In this document: piece after piece, positions 1 through 12,463 of the stretch
Layout of the letters: each line of letters begins with the position of its first letter
How positions within the stretch are numbered: the first letter of the stretch is position 1
Source of the DNA: Pelomyxa schiedti
Taxonomy: Eukaryota; Protista; Evosea
DNA length: 50,635 bases
Direction: 5' to 3'
Assembly: GCA_020536535.1 (NCBI GenBank)
Contig: JAHLWZ010000439.1
Location: 1 to 50,635 of the forward strand
The notes under the pieces: model-generated
Database searches by the model: none
Seen by the model: only the letters and a program-made list of their open reading frames with translations
What the model was told of the DNA's origin: nothing
Position numbers and translations under genes: made by a program

Positions 1-546
1 TCGGCGGCGAGTGTGGTGCGCAGCCGCTGGCGCCGACGCTGTGCGAGATCGTGGAGTCCAACACGCTCAAGTGGTTGTTCGTGGGTGGCAAGGGCGGCGT
101 GGGCAAGACCACCGTGAGCTGTTGCCTCGCGTCGCAGATCGCGCGACGACGCGCCGCGGCGCGGGGGGCTGCTGCTGGGGCACCCCCGTCGTCGACATCG
201 TCGTCGTCGGCACACGGCACGGCATCGGTTGCATCGCCCCTGTGCGTGTGTAGTTCAGTCCCACAATTTACAGAGTTGTTGTTTGTTTTGCTGGTTTTTG
301 TGTTTTTTGTGTGTGGGCTTATACTAGTGGGCAATATACGCGATCTAGAGAATGTTATTAATATTGGACCAATAGTTACCAGTAATGTGAACATGGAATT
401 TCTACTCACGGTGGCTTTTTTTTTTAAACAGGAAAGCTGACGTTTTGTTGATCTCAACTGATCCTGCACATAATGTCAGTGATGCCTTTGGGCAAAAATT
501 TTCCAAGGTTCCGACACCAGTGAATGGCGTACCAAACTTGCACGCA
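1..546 (+). CDS. GET3: GET3/ASNA1 (ArsA-family) ATPase, partial second copy or allele, cut by the window start and a gap
   Basis: [21 protein letters not shown] (deviant Walker A), then after an intron [20 protein letters not shown]. Nearly identical to 46916-47505, with several SNPs and indels. Confidence 0.88.
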
Positions 547-646
547 NNNNNNNNNNNNNNNNNNNNNNNNNNNNNNNNNNNNNNNNNNNNNNNNNNNNNN
601 NNNNNNNNNNNNNNNNNNNNNNNNNNNNNNNNNNNNNNNNNNNNNN

Positions 647-1858
647 AGGTCAACTTTATTTGTTTAATGGTTGGGACAGTACTGATGTTGAATTACAACG
701 ATCTGGCTGATCCCTTGAGTGAACTGGAAAATACTATGCTTGGTATGGCAAGTGACTGGTAGACTCTTGTTCATTTTTTATTGCGCTCATGTTTGTCCAG
801 GACCGTTTCTTGGAATCAAATATGTGGCATTGGTGTTGCATCACCTTCTTTTCCATTATACTGCAGTACGTTATTATATAAAGATATAAATATATTCCGC
901 AATACGTTTCCCCTCCCTCATACAGAAAAATAGCTGATGCGGATGAGTTTCTTTTAAATGATACTGTTGCCGCTCAGGCTGATGCCTATGTCGAAGGGTT
1001 CATTTTTCCTGTCAGTGCTGAGACTGCCAGTGATTGCCACGGATTTGTTGTATCACTTCAAGACCAGCAAGATAACTACCGCGATGCTGTTGGTTGCCAA
1101 TTTGGCCCGTTAGGCACTACAGTAACAGGGATATTCGTTCTTGTGCAGCTGTTCTTTGGTAATAGCTGTTACTTCCCGCAACACAAACTTAACTTGACCA
1201 AAGGACTGGCTGTGTTCATGCCCAGCGTGAAGCCGGAGCATGATGATGGGGTAACAAGAGCTGATCCCACAATTGATAGTACGTGGAGAGATACTGTAGT
1301 GGCGGTCTTTTGTGGCACAATGTATGTCAGTGCCAAATACTACACCAAGACTTCCACCAAGCGGCTATTATTCGTACTTCTTTTCCTCGCTCAAGCGGTG
1401 TTCTGCGGTGGATACTGCATCATTTTGTATGTCATACACTATTTACCCTATCTTCCCCTATTTTATTTTAGTTTTCTCCTAATCGTTCACATCACACTCC
1501 CTCACTCACTCTCACCCACCCACCCACAATCCCAATCCCAAACCCAGTCCCCTCCCATAATAACAACAACGACGCCAGGTTCTACTTTGGGCACTGCTAC
1601 GCCAACAAGAAGATGTTCCACTGGTTCTTCATCTGCATGTGCCTTGTGTGCCTGATCAACGCGTTCCTGATGGCCGTGCGATGGCGCCAGGAGCGCGTCT
1701 ACGAGAGGCTCATCGCCCAGCAGCGCGCCCTCGAATCCGCCTCTGCTTCATCATCGTCGTCAGACGATTACGCCAACAACACCCACAATGACGGCAGCAG
1801 TGGGCATTATCCAACCACTGAAATGACTGCGTATCCCACTTCGAATGCAAACGAGTGA
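647..1858 (+). CDS. Multi-exon, multi-pass membrane protein of unknown family, 5' end lost in gap
   Basis: Spliceable exons with hydrophobic segments (VNFICLMVGTVLML; TVTGIFVLVQLFFG; RLLFVLLFLAQAVFCGGYCIIL; FHWFFICMCLVCLINAFLMAV) and a Ser-rich tail ending TGA 1856-1858. Confidence 0.55.
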
Positions 1859-2162
1859 GTGTGCAGCAGCACGACGACCAGGTTATGTGGTTGTCCACAT
1901 GGCACCCACAACACTAAAAAACCCTTTGTACACTCTGCTTTTTGTTTGGCTGCCTTTTGTAGCTATGTGGATTGTTGTTTTCTCTCTTGCATCAGAGTAT
2001 TCTTCACTTGAACCTTACTCAGTGGGTCACAAAGGACACACCACAGACATCAGCCAACAAGTATCAATCTAAGTCGATGTTGTGGCTCGGGAGTGCTTGC
2101 TAAGATCAAAAAGGAGATCAAAACCGAAGGAGATCTGGTGCGGCACGCCTCGCGACACGAAA

Positions 2163-3999
2163 ATGTCTACTAGTGAATCACCCGACGACAAGAGAGACCA
2201 ACAAAGGGACCACCGAGACTCGCCCCCTCATTCCGCCACGTCGTCATCAAGCGGCGCAAACGCGAACGAAAATAGCCCCGCCGCCAACAACACCAACAAC
2301 AACGGCAGTAGCAACAACAACAACAACAACAACAACGGCGGGGGAGGAGATGGCGTCAGGGGAGTTGTGAGCGCAAATAGCGGAAATGACAGGAACGAAA
2401 CTAGTGGTGGAGTGAGTTCAATCCAGGATTTGAACAATTCACCCAGTTCACTTAGTCCGTTCAGTACGCGCCCTTGTTTTTGGGTTTTTTTTTTTTTTTC
2501 TTTTTTTGCTTTTGTGCTTTTTGCTTTTTTGACTTTTGATATGAAGCTGTTGTTGGACCAAACCCACAACCACAACCTAAGCCGGCTGAGAAAACGGTAT
2601 ATGTAGGCAATCTAGCCAGCAAGGCAACTGAAGATATAGTCGTTGGTTAGTTTCATTACTTTACTTTTGGATCTCACTTTTTATTTCCTTTTTTTCCCAT
2701 TTTATACCAAAACTAGCCTTTTTTTCTACTTGTGGCAGAGTGACAGCTGTAAGACTAGCTGGGTGTGATTTTTTTCTTAGCCACTGTAAATGACTCACCT
2801 TATTACAAGTGATCCTTCTTATGCAGTCCGATTCGCCTTCATTGAGTTTGCCGATAAATTTTCCGCACAGCGGGCTTGTGAACTTAGTGGAACGGAGTTA
2901 CTTGGCCGTCAACTTCGTGTAATGCCCTCAAAGACTCCTATTACGCCACCAAACCCAGTTCTTGGGCTTCCTGTTAGTCATCATCACTTATTAGTAATAG
3001 TAACCTACTTAGCAGGTACCTGAGCAATATCTTAGAAAACAGCAGTTATCGGTGGAACAAGTAGCTAGAACAGTTTATGTTGCCGGTGTAGATATTCAGG
3101 TCAATGAACCGAATCTGACCATTTCGTCTCAATCTTTGCAGTTAACCGAGGAGCAAGTTCAACAATTCTTCAGTGTATGCGGGCCAGTCACTGCCGTTAG
3201 GCTCTGTGGTGACACAGGCCACCCATCGCGATTTGCTTTCGTGGAGTTCGCTACAATCGAGGCAGCAATGACAGCACAAAGCCTATCTGGGCTCTCTGTG
3301 GGGAATCACGCAATCAAGTAGTTTTCACACAACAATTACTGTCTCACCTCCTTTTAAGAGTATCACCTTCGAAAACGGCCATTCAATCAGGCACACTCAC
3401 TCCAACTGTTTCCCTTCCACCTGAGGACAAAGTGCGGGCAAGACGAACCCTTTATGTTGGATCTGTTGATGTGAATGTACATCCTACCCAGTTGTACAAT
3501 GTATTTAGTGTCACACAGGCCACCGAGAATGATTTACGGATGCTTTTTTCTGCCTGTGGAACTGTATCAAAAGTTGTCCTTGCTGGAGATACTGTTCATG
3601 CAGCCAGGTTTACAACGCCTATGTTTTAGCCTAATCCAAATGTAGGTTTGCGTTTGTGGAAATGTCAACAGATGAAGAAGCTCTGAAGGCAGTTAGCCTA
3701 AATGGTACTCTATTGGGAGATCGGCCCATCAGGTATAAATCTCACACAAGGTTCTCTTAAATCACTTCCGAACCAGAGTGAATCAATCAAAGACCCCAAT
3801 CACCAACTCATCCGCTGCCGCTGCCTATCGTCAAAGTGCCGCCCGTGATAGAGTTGCTGGTACAACCACTGCCTTACAACAAGCTATGGCATACCAGCAG
3901 TATTACTTGTCGCAGGGTTCCTCCAGTTTGCCACTAGTATATGTACCACAATCAGTTGACTGGAATTCAACGCAGCCCGCGCTTGCAAGTTACAGTTGA
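2163..3999 (+). CDS. RNA-binding protein with three RRMs, similar to plant CID/PABP-interacting RRM proteins, with Asn/Ser-rich N-terminus
   Basis: Three RNP2/RNP1 pairs: KTVYVGNL..RFAFIEF, RTVYVAGV..RFAFVEF, RTLYVGSV..RFAFVEM, each followed by an SKTPI/SKTAI motif. The 3' end is approximate. Confidence 0.82.
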
Positions 4000-4986
4000 G
4001 TTCAAGCCCCTCCCTGTCTTTTTTTCTCCTCTATTTATTTCTCTCAGCACTTCCACAATCTCAAAGTGCACTCTCCGGTAGGCTTTACTTCCATTTGTTT
4101 TAATTCCTTGTGAAACTCTCGAACTGATCCTTCTCTTAGGAGAGGCTGAGTACCTTCTTGGATTGGATGATCCTCTGGGGTAATCCATTCCCGTAGTGTA
4201 ATTTCAACTTACAAACAATTCTTATAGAAAGCGAAGAAAGAAGTCCTAGGATCCACATACAATACACGCTATTGTTGAATCTGTAGTCACACAGTATGCA
4301 AAACAAAACAATAACACAACAAAACAATCACAACCACAAACCAACCAAAAAAAGTAGTCACAACTCCAACAACAAACCAAAGGAACCGAAACAAACCCAA
4401 AACCAAAACCCAAAAACCAACCAAAAAAAAAAAAAAACAAATAAATTCTAACTCGAAACAAATGGTTCAAACACTATAACCAACAACGGCAAAAAAAACA
4501 AGGGGAGTTCAATTACTGTAATCTGTCACGGTTACTATTCCAGCCCAGTCCCAAAGTACCAGAGAGAGTACAATTCACTGCCTGACACTCCTGTAGTACT
4601 TTGGCAGTGTATCCCGTGCATGTTCCAACAAGAACCTGTTGTTGTGTCAATGACACCAAAGTGCCATTAATACCACTCGTACGCACTTGTTTTTTTACTC
4701 AGAAATAGAACTTATGGTGAGGATGAAGAAGACCGCCGTGAGCAGAGCTGCCCACATTTTGGGTTTCGGTGGTTCGGCACCACCTACCCAAGTTGGGCCT
4801 CTAAATCGGGCGGTTCCTGTGAAAGACAAACCCCCAGAACTGGAACTGAACATCCACGGTCTGTAAGATCCCTCTCAATTCCGGCCTCGGAAAACCCACT
4901 TCTTCAAAAACACACCCGACGAACGATCACACCACCAAAAATAAAAAAAAAACCATCAAACGACCCAACAATCAAAAACAACAACA

Positions 4987-7503
4987 ATGACAACTGCTAG
5001 TGCAACCACGACGACAACAACAAGCAACGACTGGGTTGTACAATTGGCGGCCATTGACGCCTGTCTCAAGTCTGCAGGCTGGAAAATCGTACGACGTTTC
5101 GTTTTTTTTGAATTTGTCTCTTTCCCCCACTTTGATTGTTTATCTGTGTGTGTCTCCCACAATTTTGCCCCTTGTTGTCGATCATCAGGTGGAATAAACT
5201 AAAATCCAACAACAACCTAAAAAAAGGAGAGCTGTGCCAACTGTGGTACAGAAAAAGCAACTGTCAAGTGTATCAATGACAATGTGTGTTTGTGTAACAA
5301 GTGCAATGAGGCTCTGCATACCAATCCGATACACAAGTCGCACAACCGGGTGCCCATTGGTGATTCGGCTCCGAATTGTGCAACTCACAACATCGGGATG
5401 GAATTCTTCTGTTGTGGCTGTGCGGTACTTGCCCCTATGTAATTTCTTACTTACCAACAAAAAAATAAAGGCACTGTGCTGCGGGACCTGCAAAGATCAA
5501 GCTCACACTGGGCACGCTGTGGTATTTGAGATTTTTCTTTTGCGTTCCTTTTCCTTCACTTCTAACTGTGAGAAAAGGTATCTTGGAAAACATTCATATC
5601 TGAAAAGAAGCGAGACATTCACAGGAAAGTAACGACAGCCCTCCGGAAACTGAAAGAGAGAAACACTGAATTGTTGACCGCACTGGAAGACGTTAACAGC
5701 AAGGGCACAACAGCCAAGAGTGAACTCTGGGCCACGTTTTCTCCACTGGAATCTGCCATTTTGAAAAGAAAAACAGAATTCCTTTTTCAAGTAGATGCCA
5801 TGGTGGAGAAAAAGAGAGTGGCAATCCATAATCAATTCGGTATTTTCTTTCCTCTCGTTCAGATGACCTTACTTCTATTCAGAGGCGACAAGAGTACTTC
5901 ATGCAAATGTGGAAATGCGGTTGGCAAACGAAAACATAACTCCAAGGGAGGTAATTGTTGAATACCATCGATTTGTATTTTGGTTTCTTACTCCAACTAC
6001 AGCTTGCTGATTTGCTGAACAAAATCGAAAGCGAGTGTAATTTACCTGTTCCACCATCACAAATATCCTTTGGCTCCAACCCACTCCCAGAGGTTTGCAT
6101 TTTCCGGGCCTTTCGTACTTGACATTGATGAAAATACTCAGGTCCTCCCGGCAATCGCGAAACTTGGGTGCCTGAGTGAAATCCCTGGAATTAATTTGAC
6201 TGTGAGCACAATTTCGAGCAGTATCATTACAGTCCAATGGTCATGGTCCACCAAACACCGGTAAAATCTCTTTTACAGCTTCAATTTCAGTGACGATAAT
6301 TCAGTCAAGTGGAAGTTCAAATTTCAGACTGTGTTCCAGATAACCCTGACAACACCCCGATTCAATTCTCAAGGTCGATATTCTGTGTGACTCCTGAGTG
6401 CATGATTCCCTGGNNNNNNNNNNNNNNNNNNNNNNNNNNNNNNNNNNNNNNNNNNNNNNNNNNNNNNNNNNNNNNNNNNNNNNNNNNNNNNNNNNNNNNN
6501 NNNNNNNNNNNNNACGATAATTCAGTCAAGTGGAAGTTCAAATTTCAGACTGTGTTCCAGATAACCCTGACAACACCCCGATTCAATTCTCAAGGTCGAT
6601 ATTCTGTGTGACTCCTGAGTGCATGATTCCCTGGAATGATTCGCGAATTATTGCTGTCCGAGCTCGTGTCAGTGCTCTTGATATATTGGGTGCATGGGGA
6701 CCGACTCTGATTCTCTCAAAAACCGGTGGTGGAAAGGTTTTCTTCACACAGCCTGGAATTTATGCATTCACAGGTGAATTATTCATTTATTTTTCAACAA
6801 AACTCACCCCCCGAACACACAGTTCCTGCTGGTGTTTCCTCCGTGGATGTAATTGCAATTGGAGGGGGAGAAGGAGGGGATGGTGAGCGTCGGTTCCATG
6901 GAGGGAACTCACTGTTTGGTGGATATGCACAAGCAGCGGGAGGCGGCAACCCCTATCTCCAAGTTGAAACGCCAACAGCACTTGGTGGAAGAGGGTTCCA
7001 ACACTATCAGGAAAAACTATCAGCATCACAGAAGTGAGTCTCCCTCCCTCCCTCCTTTCCACACATTCAATCAACTCACCATAAATAAACACAATCAAAC
7101 AGGTACATGGGCCGTGGTGGATGCGGCAGTCCATGCAGCAAGGAACACACAGGGGCATGCAACTCTTCTGGTGGAAAATATGGTGGTGGTGGAGGTAGCA
7201 TGTATGGCCCACGATCTGGAGCACCTGGTGCATACACAACAATGCCAGGAATCAGGGTGTGTGTTCTCTATATGATCTGTTAATCGTACATACATGCATG
7301 AATCCTTGCACTATCGCCTCACCACCAACCAGAACCAACAACAACTAACTCAATCACAATACAATCACAAACAGGTGACACCAGGGGAGAGTGTGAAGGT
7401 GGTTGTTGGGCAAGGAGGAAAGGGTGGAGAAGATTGTGGGGCGTGTTCTGGTGACGGTCACTCTGGTTTGGTTGTTGTGGCTTGGGGTGGAATGGCACCT
7501 TGA
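4987..7503 (+). CDS. TRIM-like protein without RING: B-box1, B-box2, coiled coil, FN3-like and glycine-rich C-terminal domain
   Basis: Spliced frame CANCGTEKATVKCINDNVCLCNKCNEALHTNPIHKSHNR, then CATHNIGMEFFCCGCAALCCGTCKDQAHTGH, a coiled coil, an FN3-like segment (ITVQWSW...AVRARVSALDILGAWGP) and a Gly-rich tail (FTVPAGVSSVDVIAIGGGEGG...VTPGESVKVVVGQGGKGG). Spans the gap at 6414-6513. Confidence 0.75.
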
Positions 7504-7606
7504 TGCTGTTTGTTGTTTGTGAATAGAAAATGTGTCGATGACAACGAAAATGACAGCGTTCCGGTCTGTTGATTATTTTATTCAGCCAATTATTATCAGG
7601 GGATTG

Positions 7607-9028
7607 ATGTCTTCGCAACGGGTATACGTCGCGGACTTTGGGTCTGATACAACCAAGGCTGGGTTCAACGTTGATGACGAAACCCCGGCTGTGAATACTG
7701 AACCATCGTTTGTTTTCCCCGTATGATTGTATTCTATTGTTTGTTGCTGTGTCTATTCTTTTGATTTCGATTGATGGAAGCATTGTCAAGTAAACACTAC
7801 CAACACAACAACTGTCGGAACCTGTCACACAGACTGTTGTGGGATATGAGAAATGGGCAACTTTTGGAGGAGGACCAGTACTAGTTGCTGAAGATGCTGT
7901 TAGAAAAAGGCATGCCTTCCACCAAATGTATCCAATACAGAGGGGTGTAATTACACGTTGGGATGACATGGTAGTACACCGTATTTAATTACGCAAAAAA
8001 TTCACACTATTGACTAGGGCCTTATTCTGAGGCATGCATTTGAGGGAACACATGCTGTAGATCACCCGGTTCTTATAGCAGACACACCGCTCAATACTGC
8101 AGACATCAGAGAGCAGCTCATGAGGCACGTTTTTGAGGGTTGGGAGTTCCCAGGAGCATACTTTGCCAATCAGGCAGTACTTTCACTCTACGCCGCAGGC
8201 CGGACTACTGGATTAGCTATTGAGAGCGGACATGGGGTAACCAGTATTGTGCCGGTATTTGAAGGCTGTGCAATTCCACACGCTACCATCCGGCTGGAAT
8301 TCGGCGGTTCAGACATCAGCGAGTGCTTGCGCAGATTACTCAATGCTCGCGGTTACCACTTGAAGACAGCAGCAGAAGGTGACACCTCTCTAGGCAAGAC
8401 CCGAGACCCGGCCATAGTTCAGAACCTCAAAGAGACCCACTGCTACGTGTCTACTGCATTTGATTCAGAAATGGAATCCAGGCGTTCAGAGCAGACCTTC
8501 CAGCTCCCTGATGACGAGTCAATCACAGTAACAAATGAGCACTTCCGCTGCACTGAGGCATTCTTCCAGCCTTCCTCTATTTTATCTCTACGCACCGCAA
8601 ATACGGAAACCTCCACTAGCAGTTCACAACAACTAGATGGAATTCACCGGGCCTGCATGGAATCCATCCAGCGGTGTCACCCAGACATACACAAGCAGCT
8701 ACTCAACAACATTGTTCTAGGCGGGGCCAATACATTGTTCCCAGGTCTAGCCCCTCGCCTATCAGCTGAACTACACTCTCTCATCACCTCACAACCACCA
8801 ACCAGTACCAGCGCAACCACAACCACCTCATCTTATAGTGATTCCAGCGGCAATGGAATACAAGTGAGTGGGCCCTGCACTGTCACCAGCACAATAAACC
8901 AGAGGAAGTACTCAGCCTGGACTGGTGGGTGTGTGATGGCATCACTGGATGGATTCCTGCTGAGGCTAATATCCCCTGAGGAGTATGAGGAGCGCGGGCC
9001 AGCCCTTGTACACAGGATGTGTTATTAA
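7607..9028 (+). CDS. Divergent actin / actin-related protein
   Basis: VADFGSDTTKAGF (phosphate 1), YPIQRGVITRWDDM, HPVLIADTPLN, QAVLSLYAAGRTTGLAIESGHGVTSIVPVFEG, NIVLGGANTLFPG, RKYSAWTGG, EEYEERGPALVHRMCY. Confidence 0.9.
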
Positions 9029-9414
9029 TAGGGGATGTATTCTCCATCGCTAGTAAATGCTCTGTGTGCTAAACCTTTTTTTTCCGAACAAAGGGAAAAA
9101 ATAAAGAAGGAGAGTTTGTTTAATTTTTGAAACTGTCACCTGTCAAAGGAATATTTGAAGGTGACAGCACCACGCTTTGCGGGTGAAAACAGTTCGAAAA
9201 CTGTCTTGCGACAGGCAATGATCTCCATATGCCAAACCCCATCAACGGGCTTCGAGGAAAAACCTTCCCCGAAGCCCGTTGATGAGACTTTAGTACTTAA
9301 AAACCTCCCCCTGCGCTCGAATAAGAAGCGGAGTCTACTCCGCACTATTGTGGGAGAACAGGAAATGTACCTTGTTAAACTTGCCTGTATCATCCGCTGA
9401 CGAGTTTCAGAAAA

Positions 9415-9486
9415 TCCGATGTGGTGTAGTTGGCAACATCTCAGACTTTCACTCAGTGGCCCCGGGTTCGATTCCCGGCATCGGAA
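9415..9486 (+). tRNA. tRNA-Glu(TTC), with a weak anticodon stem
   Basis: Acceptor stem TCCGATG/CATCGGA, D stem GTGT/ACAT, anticodon loop CT-TTC-AC (TTC at 9448-9450), T arm CCGGG-TTCGATT-CCCGG, followed by a T5 run. Confidence 0.88.
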
Positions 9487-9491
9487 TTTTT
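9487..9491 (+). terminator. RNA polymerase III oligo-dT terminator of the tRNA
   Basis: TTTTT immediately after discriminator A9486. Confidence 0.6.
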
Positions 9492-9544
9492 GAAAGAGAA
9501 AGCGCAAACTGAAATTCTTACAACAGAAAGGAAGTGAGTGGAGT

Positions 9545-10908
9545 CTAAGGCTGGGCGGGGTGGGGTGATTGTGCTTGTTGTTGTTTGGCCTCTGCATCTC
9601 CTTTGTTGTAGTTGAATATGGATAGTCCAACGAGAGCAACACCGCAGAGGAACTGCATGTTAACATTGGTTCCAAACAGCCACCAACTGAGTACCGTGGT
9701 GATCAGAACACTGACAGCGACGGCAAAACCCTATAGTTGCGTTAAAATGGCACAAGTCAGTGGTTGGGATTTACTTTGACAATATTATCGGCGTACTTCA
9801 TCACCATAGCTACTAGCAGTCCGCCCACAGCACTAATGAAAACAATGAGCGATGTGAGATAAGAATGTCCAGAGAAGATTCCAAGACCACTTCCACTCCA
9901 CACAGCCTCAAAGAGAACACTGACAACTGATAAGGCAATGCTGTAGAGACCTGTGAAATAAGTTACTCAACACAAGTATTGAGATATCACACACTTAGTT
10001 GTAAGTTTCTTTCCCATACAGTCGCATTCCCAGACTTCAGTACCTTTTCAAAATAAACTGATGCCATTCCTGAAAGAACTGTCACCGCAAGAGAACAACC
10101 GATCTGCGGTACAGGTAGCGATTATGCATCGAATGTCCAAAGAAAGTACTCCAATTATGTAGGCAGTTGTTACACCATTGTCTGTCCCAGGTGTTCCAGA
10201 AAGTTCACTCACACTGGGAACTTCGCATACAACACGGAGTGATGCTTGTTGAACCAATATTGCAGATATAATCAGCTCAATAAGTGCGCGCCACATGGCA
10301 GCATTCACCAATTTTTCTGGGATGTGTTAAAAAAATTTATCTGGGTGGGAGGCCTACTCAAAATGATGACAGAGAGAACAGCTGTTGTCAAAATTTTGAG
10401 TTGATTGAGAACCCCAAAAACTGCACCATCTACGGCCGTTAATCCAGCAAATGCCAGGATGTTTTGAATAAAATAAAGAAATGCCGGAACGCTGGTGGCA
10501 GCAGAATTTGAGATTGTGTCCTGTTCCCGGGTTATTATAGACTGGGTACATGGTGCGGAATACATACAGACATACATAAAAGTATTTATGCAAAGAAACA
10601 GAAGGAGGCTTCGTAGCAACCATCATCACTGAGGACATTGCTAATAACATAGTGTCGAGCTGTTACACAGAATGTAAAGCGCAACGAATGCACCCACCGC
10701 ACTTCGTAAGTTCAATAAGAAGCACGGCCACAATCTTGCTGTATTGCTCGTGTTGCACTCCACGCGAGTATCTGACAAGCATCAAATACGCCACAGTCTG
10801 CACCGTCAACCCCACCAACGCCAAAGCCTTTCTAGAGCACCACCCCCACAAGAAATCCGCCTTGGTCTGTGTCGCATTTCCGGGCGTGGTCGTAGCAGGC
10901 GTGCTCAT
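9545..10908 (-). CDS. Nucleotide-sugar transporter (SLC35A, UDP-galactose/CMP-sialic acid type)
   Basis: LMLVRYSR...VAVLLIELTK, SVPAFLYFIQNIL, NQLKILTTAVLSVIIL, YFEKVLK, WERNLQLS, GGLLVAMVMKYADNIVKGFA. Confidence 0.88.
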
Positions 10909-11135
10909 CCCCCCAAGATCCAACGGCTTTTTTCGAAAAAACCACTGTCTCTCGGTGGAAAATGCAGTTTGGCACGAGGTGACAGCACTCCCCTGCGTCC
11001 ATGGCCCTCAATCCCGGCTGGTGTTGTGTGGGGGACTGTGAGATCCACAGTTGCAAAGACACCTTACCAGACTTTCTCTGAAAAAAAATTGTTTTTTTTT
11101 TCCTCCGGTAAGGAGACGCGACATAAACTACGAAG

Positions 11136-12321
11136 ATGATGCACACCGCACCCTCTGGTGGTTTCGACATTCAGGTTAGTGAACCATAGTAACACATCGT
11201 TGTACTGTTGCGAGCGTTTTTTTTTTTTTTTTTGTTTCCTGCTCGTTTTTCGCCCACAAGCGCTTTTTTTTTTATTCATTATTTTTACTAGGAGCCCGGA
11301 AAGAAAAAACGGTATATTTATCATTACTTTTCCAACCTAAATAAACGCAAGTTGTGTTGTTAACCACACAGTGGTATATATTGCTATATATGTATTTCGT
11401 AATGAACCTTTTTCTTATTTTCTGGCAGTGCCAGGAAGCCGGCACCTCCACCCGCAGAAATACCTGCGGAGACACCCGCACCAGTTGCGGCCGCCCCTGC
11501 ACCCACTCCTTCTACACCCACCACAACCCCTAAAACAAGCAAAACAAATGGAGCTAAGGCTGCTCCTTCCGCTGCGGCTACAAAAGCCCCTGCTGCACCA
11601 AAACCCGAGGCGGCAAAGCCTAAAGCAACTGCGCCCCCAAAGACTACCGAGACAAAACCAGCTGAAAAGCCAGAAGCCAAGCCAAAAGTACCCAAAGTAC
11701 CCAAAGCACCCAAAGCACCCAAAGCACCAAAGGCACCCGCAAAAACCGAACCCGAAACCTCCACTACAACAACAACATCAGCACAGGAGGTGCCACCGGC
11801 AACACCGGCGCAGCAAGCACCTGCCCCAGCAGCACAGACTCAACCCCAGGCACCCGCTGCGGAATCTGTACCAGAGAAGCCAAAGAAAGTCGCCAACCGT
11901 ACTTTCTCCTCTCAAACTGCAATATAAAATCCCACCATAAATGACACCGCATATAGCTGAGGACCTTGTTGTTGAGATGGGACAGTCTCTCAGCGAGCAT
12001 CTTTCCGCTATAAGCGAGCGCACAAAGATTCTCATGACCATGAGGGAAGAGCTCACCAGCATCCACACACAGTACAGCAAGGAACTCAGTGACCTTAAGA
12101 ACCACCGAGTATGCATCTACTACGGCACCCAACAAGCCTAACTCCATTTCACCCTGCAGGATACTCTTCTCTCCCAGAAGGAGCAACTCGAACAACAATT
12201 AATCTCCATCAAGGATCAGCTCAAGCAAATCAACGAGAAAATCACAGTCACAGAGAAAACCAACATGGAGAAGCTTCAACACCTCCACCAGAAGTCCAAG
12301 CAACAAGGTGTTAAACTCTAA
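11136..12321 (+). CDS. Pro/Ala/Lys-rich protein with C-terminal coiled coil, unknown function
   Basis: Phase-consistent splicing MMHTAPSGGFDIQ | EPGKKKR (20-nt microexon) | ARKPAPPPAE...PKVPKVPKAPKAPKAPKAP... | EDLVVEMGQSLSEHL... | DTLLSQKEQLEQQL...GVKL*. Confidence 0.65.
11682..11735 (+). repeat. 9-bp coding tandem repeat (CCCAAAGYA)n encoding PKV/PKA
   Basis: ccaaaagta cccaaagta cccaaagca cccaaagca cccaaagca ccaaaggca. Confidence 0.7.
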
Positions 12322-12463
12322 AAAGCACCCAATCCAAACAAAATGAGCCAAAACAACATAATTCATTTTTCAAATCGCTTCTTTCCTTCCTTGCAGTATT
12401 TTCCACACAGAACGGCAGTAGAGTCCTTTCTGGTGTGGTTTTGTTTGCTTTTTGGGGTTGTAG

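Noticed and set aside
4300-4500. AAC/AAAC-rich and poly-A tracts (also 2285-2336, 35590-35635 and others)
   Set aside because: Ordinary low-complexity microsatellite sequence. No repeat-spacer structure, so not CRISPR or telomere.
4515-4757. Short minus-strand signal-peptide-like ORF (MWAALLTAVFFILTISSISE)
   Set aside because: Splicing is ambiguous and there is no recognisable homology. Not enough support to call a gene.
6293-6634. Direct repeat 6293-6413 / 6514-6634 flanking a 100-N gap
   Set aside because: Exactly 121 bp and identical, the same length as at two other gaps. This is an assembler k-mer overlap artefact.
9415-9486. Possibility that the tRNA is tRNA-Sec or a UGA suppressor (TCA occurs in the loop)
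   Set aside because: It is 72 nt with a short variable loop and 7/5 acceptor/T stems. Shifting the register to TCA destroys the anticodon stem. It fits Glu(TTC).
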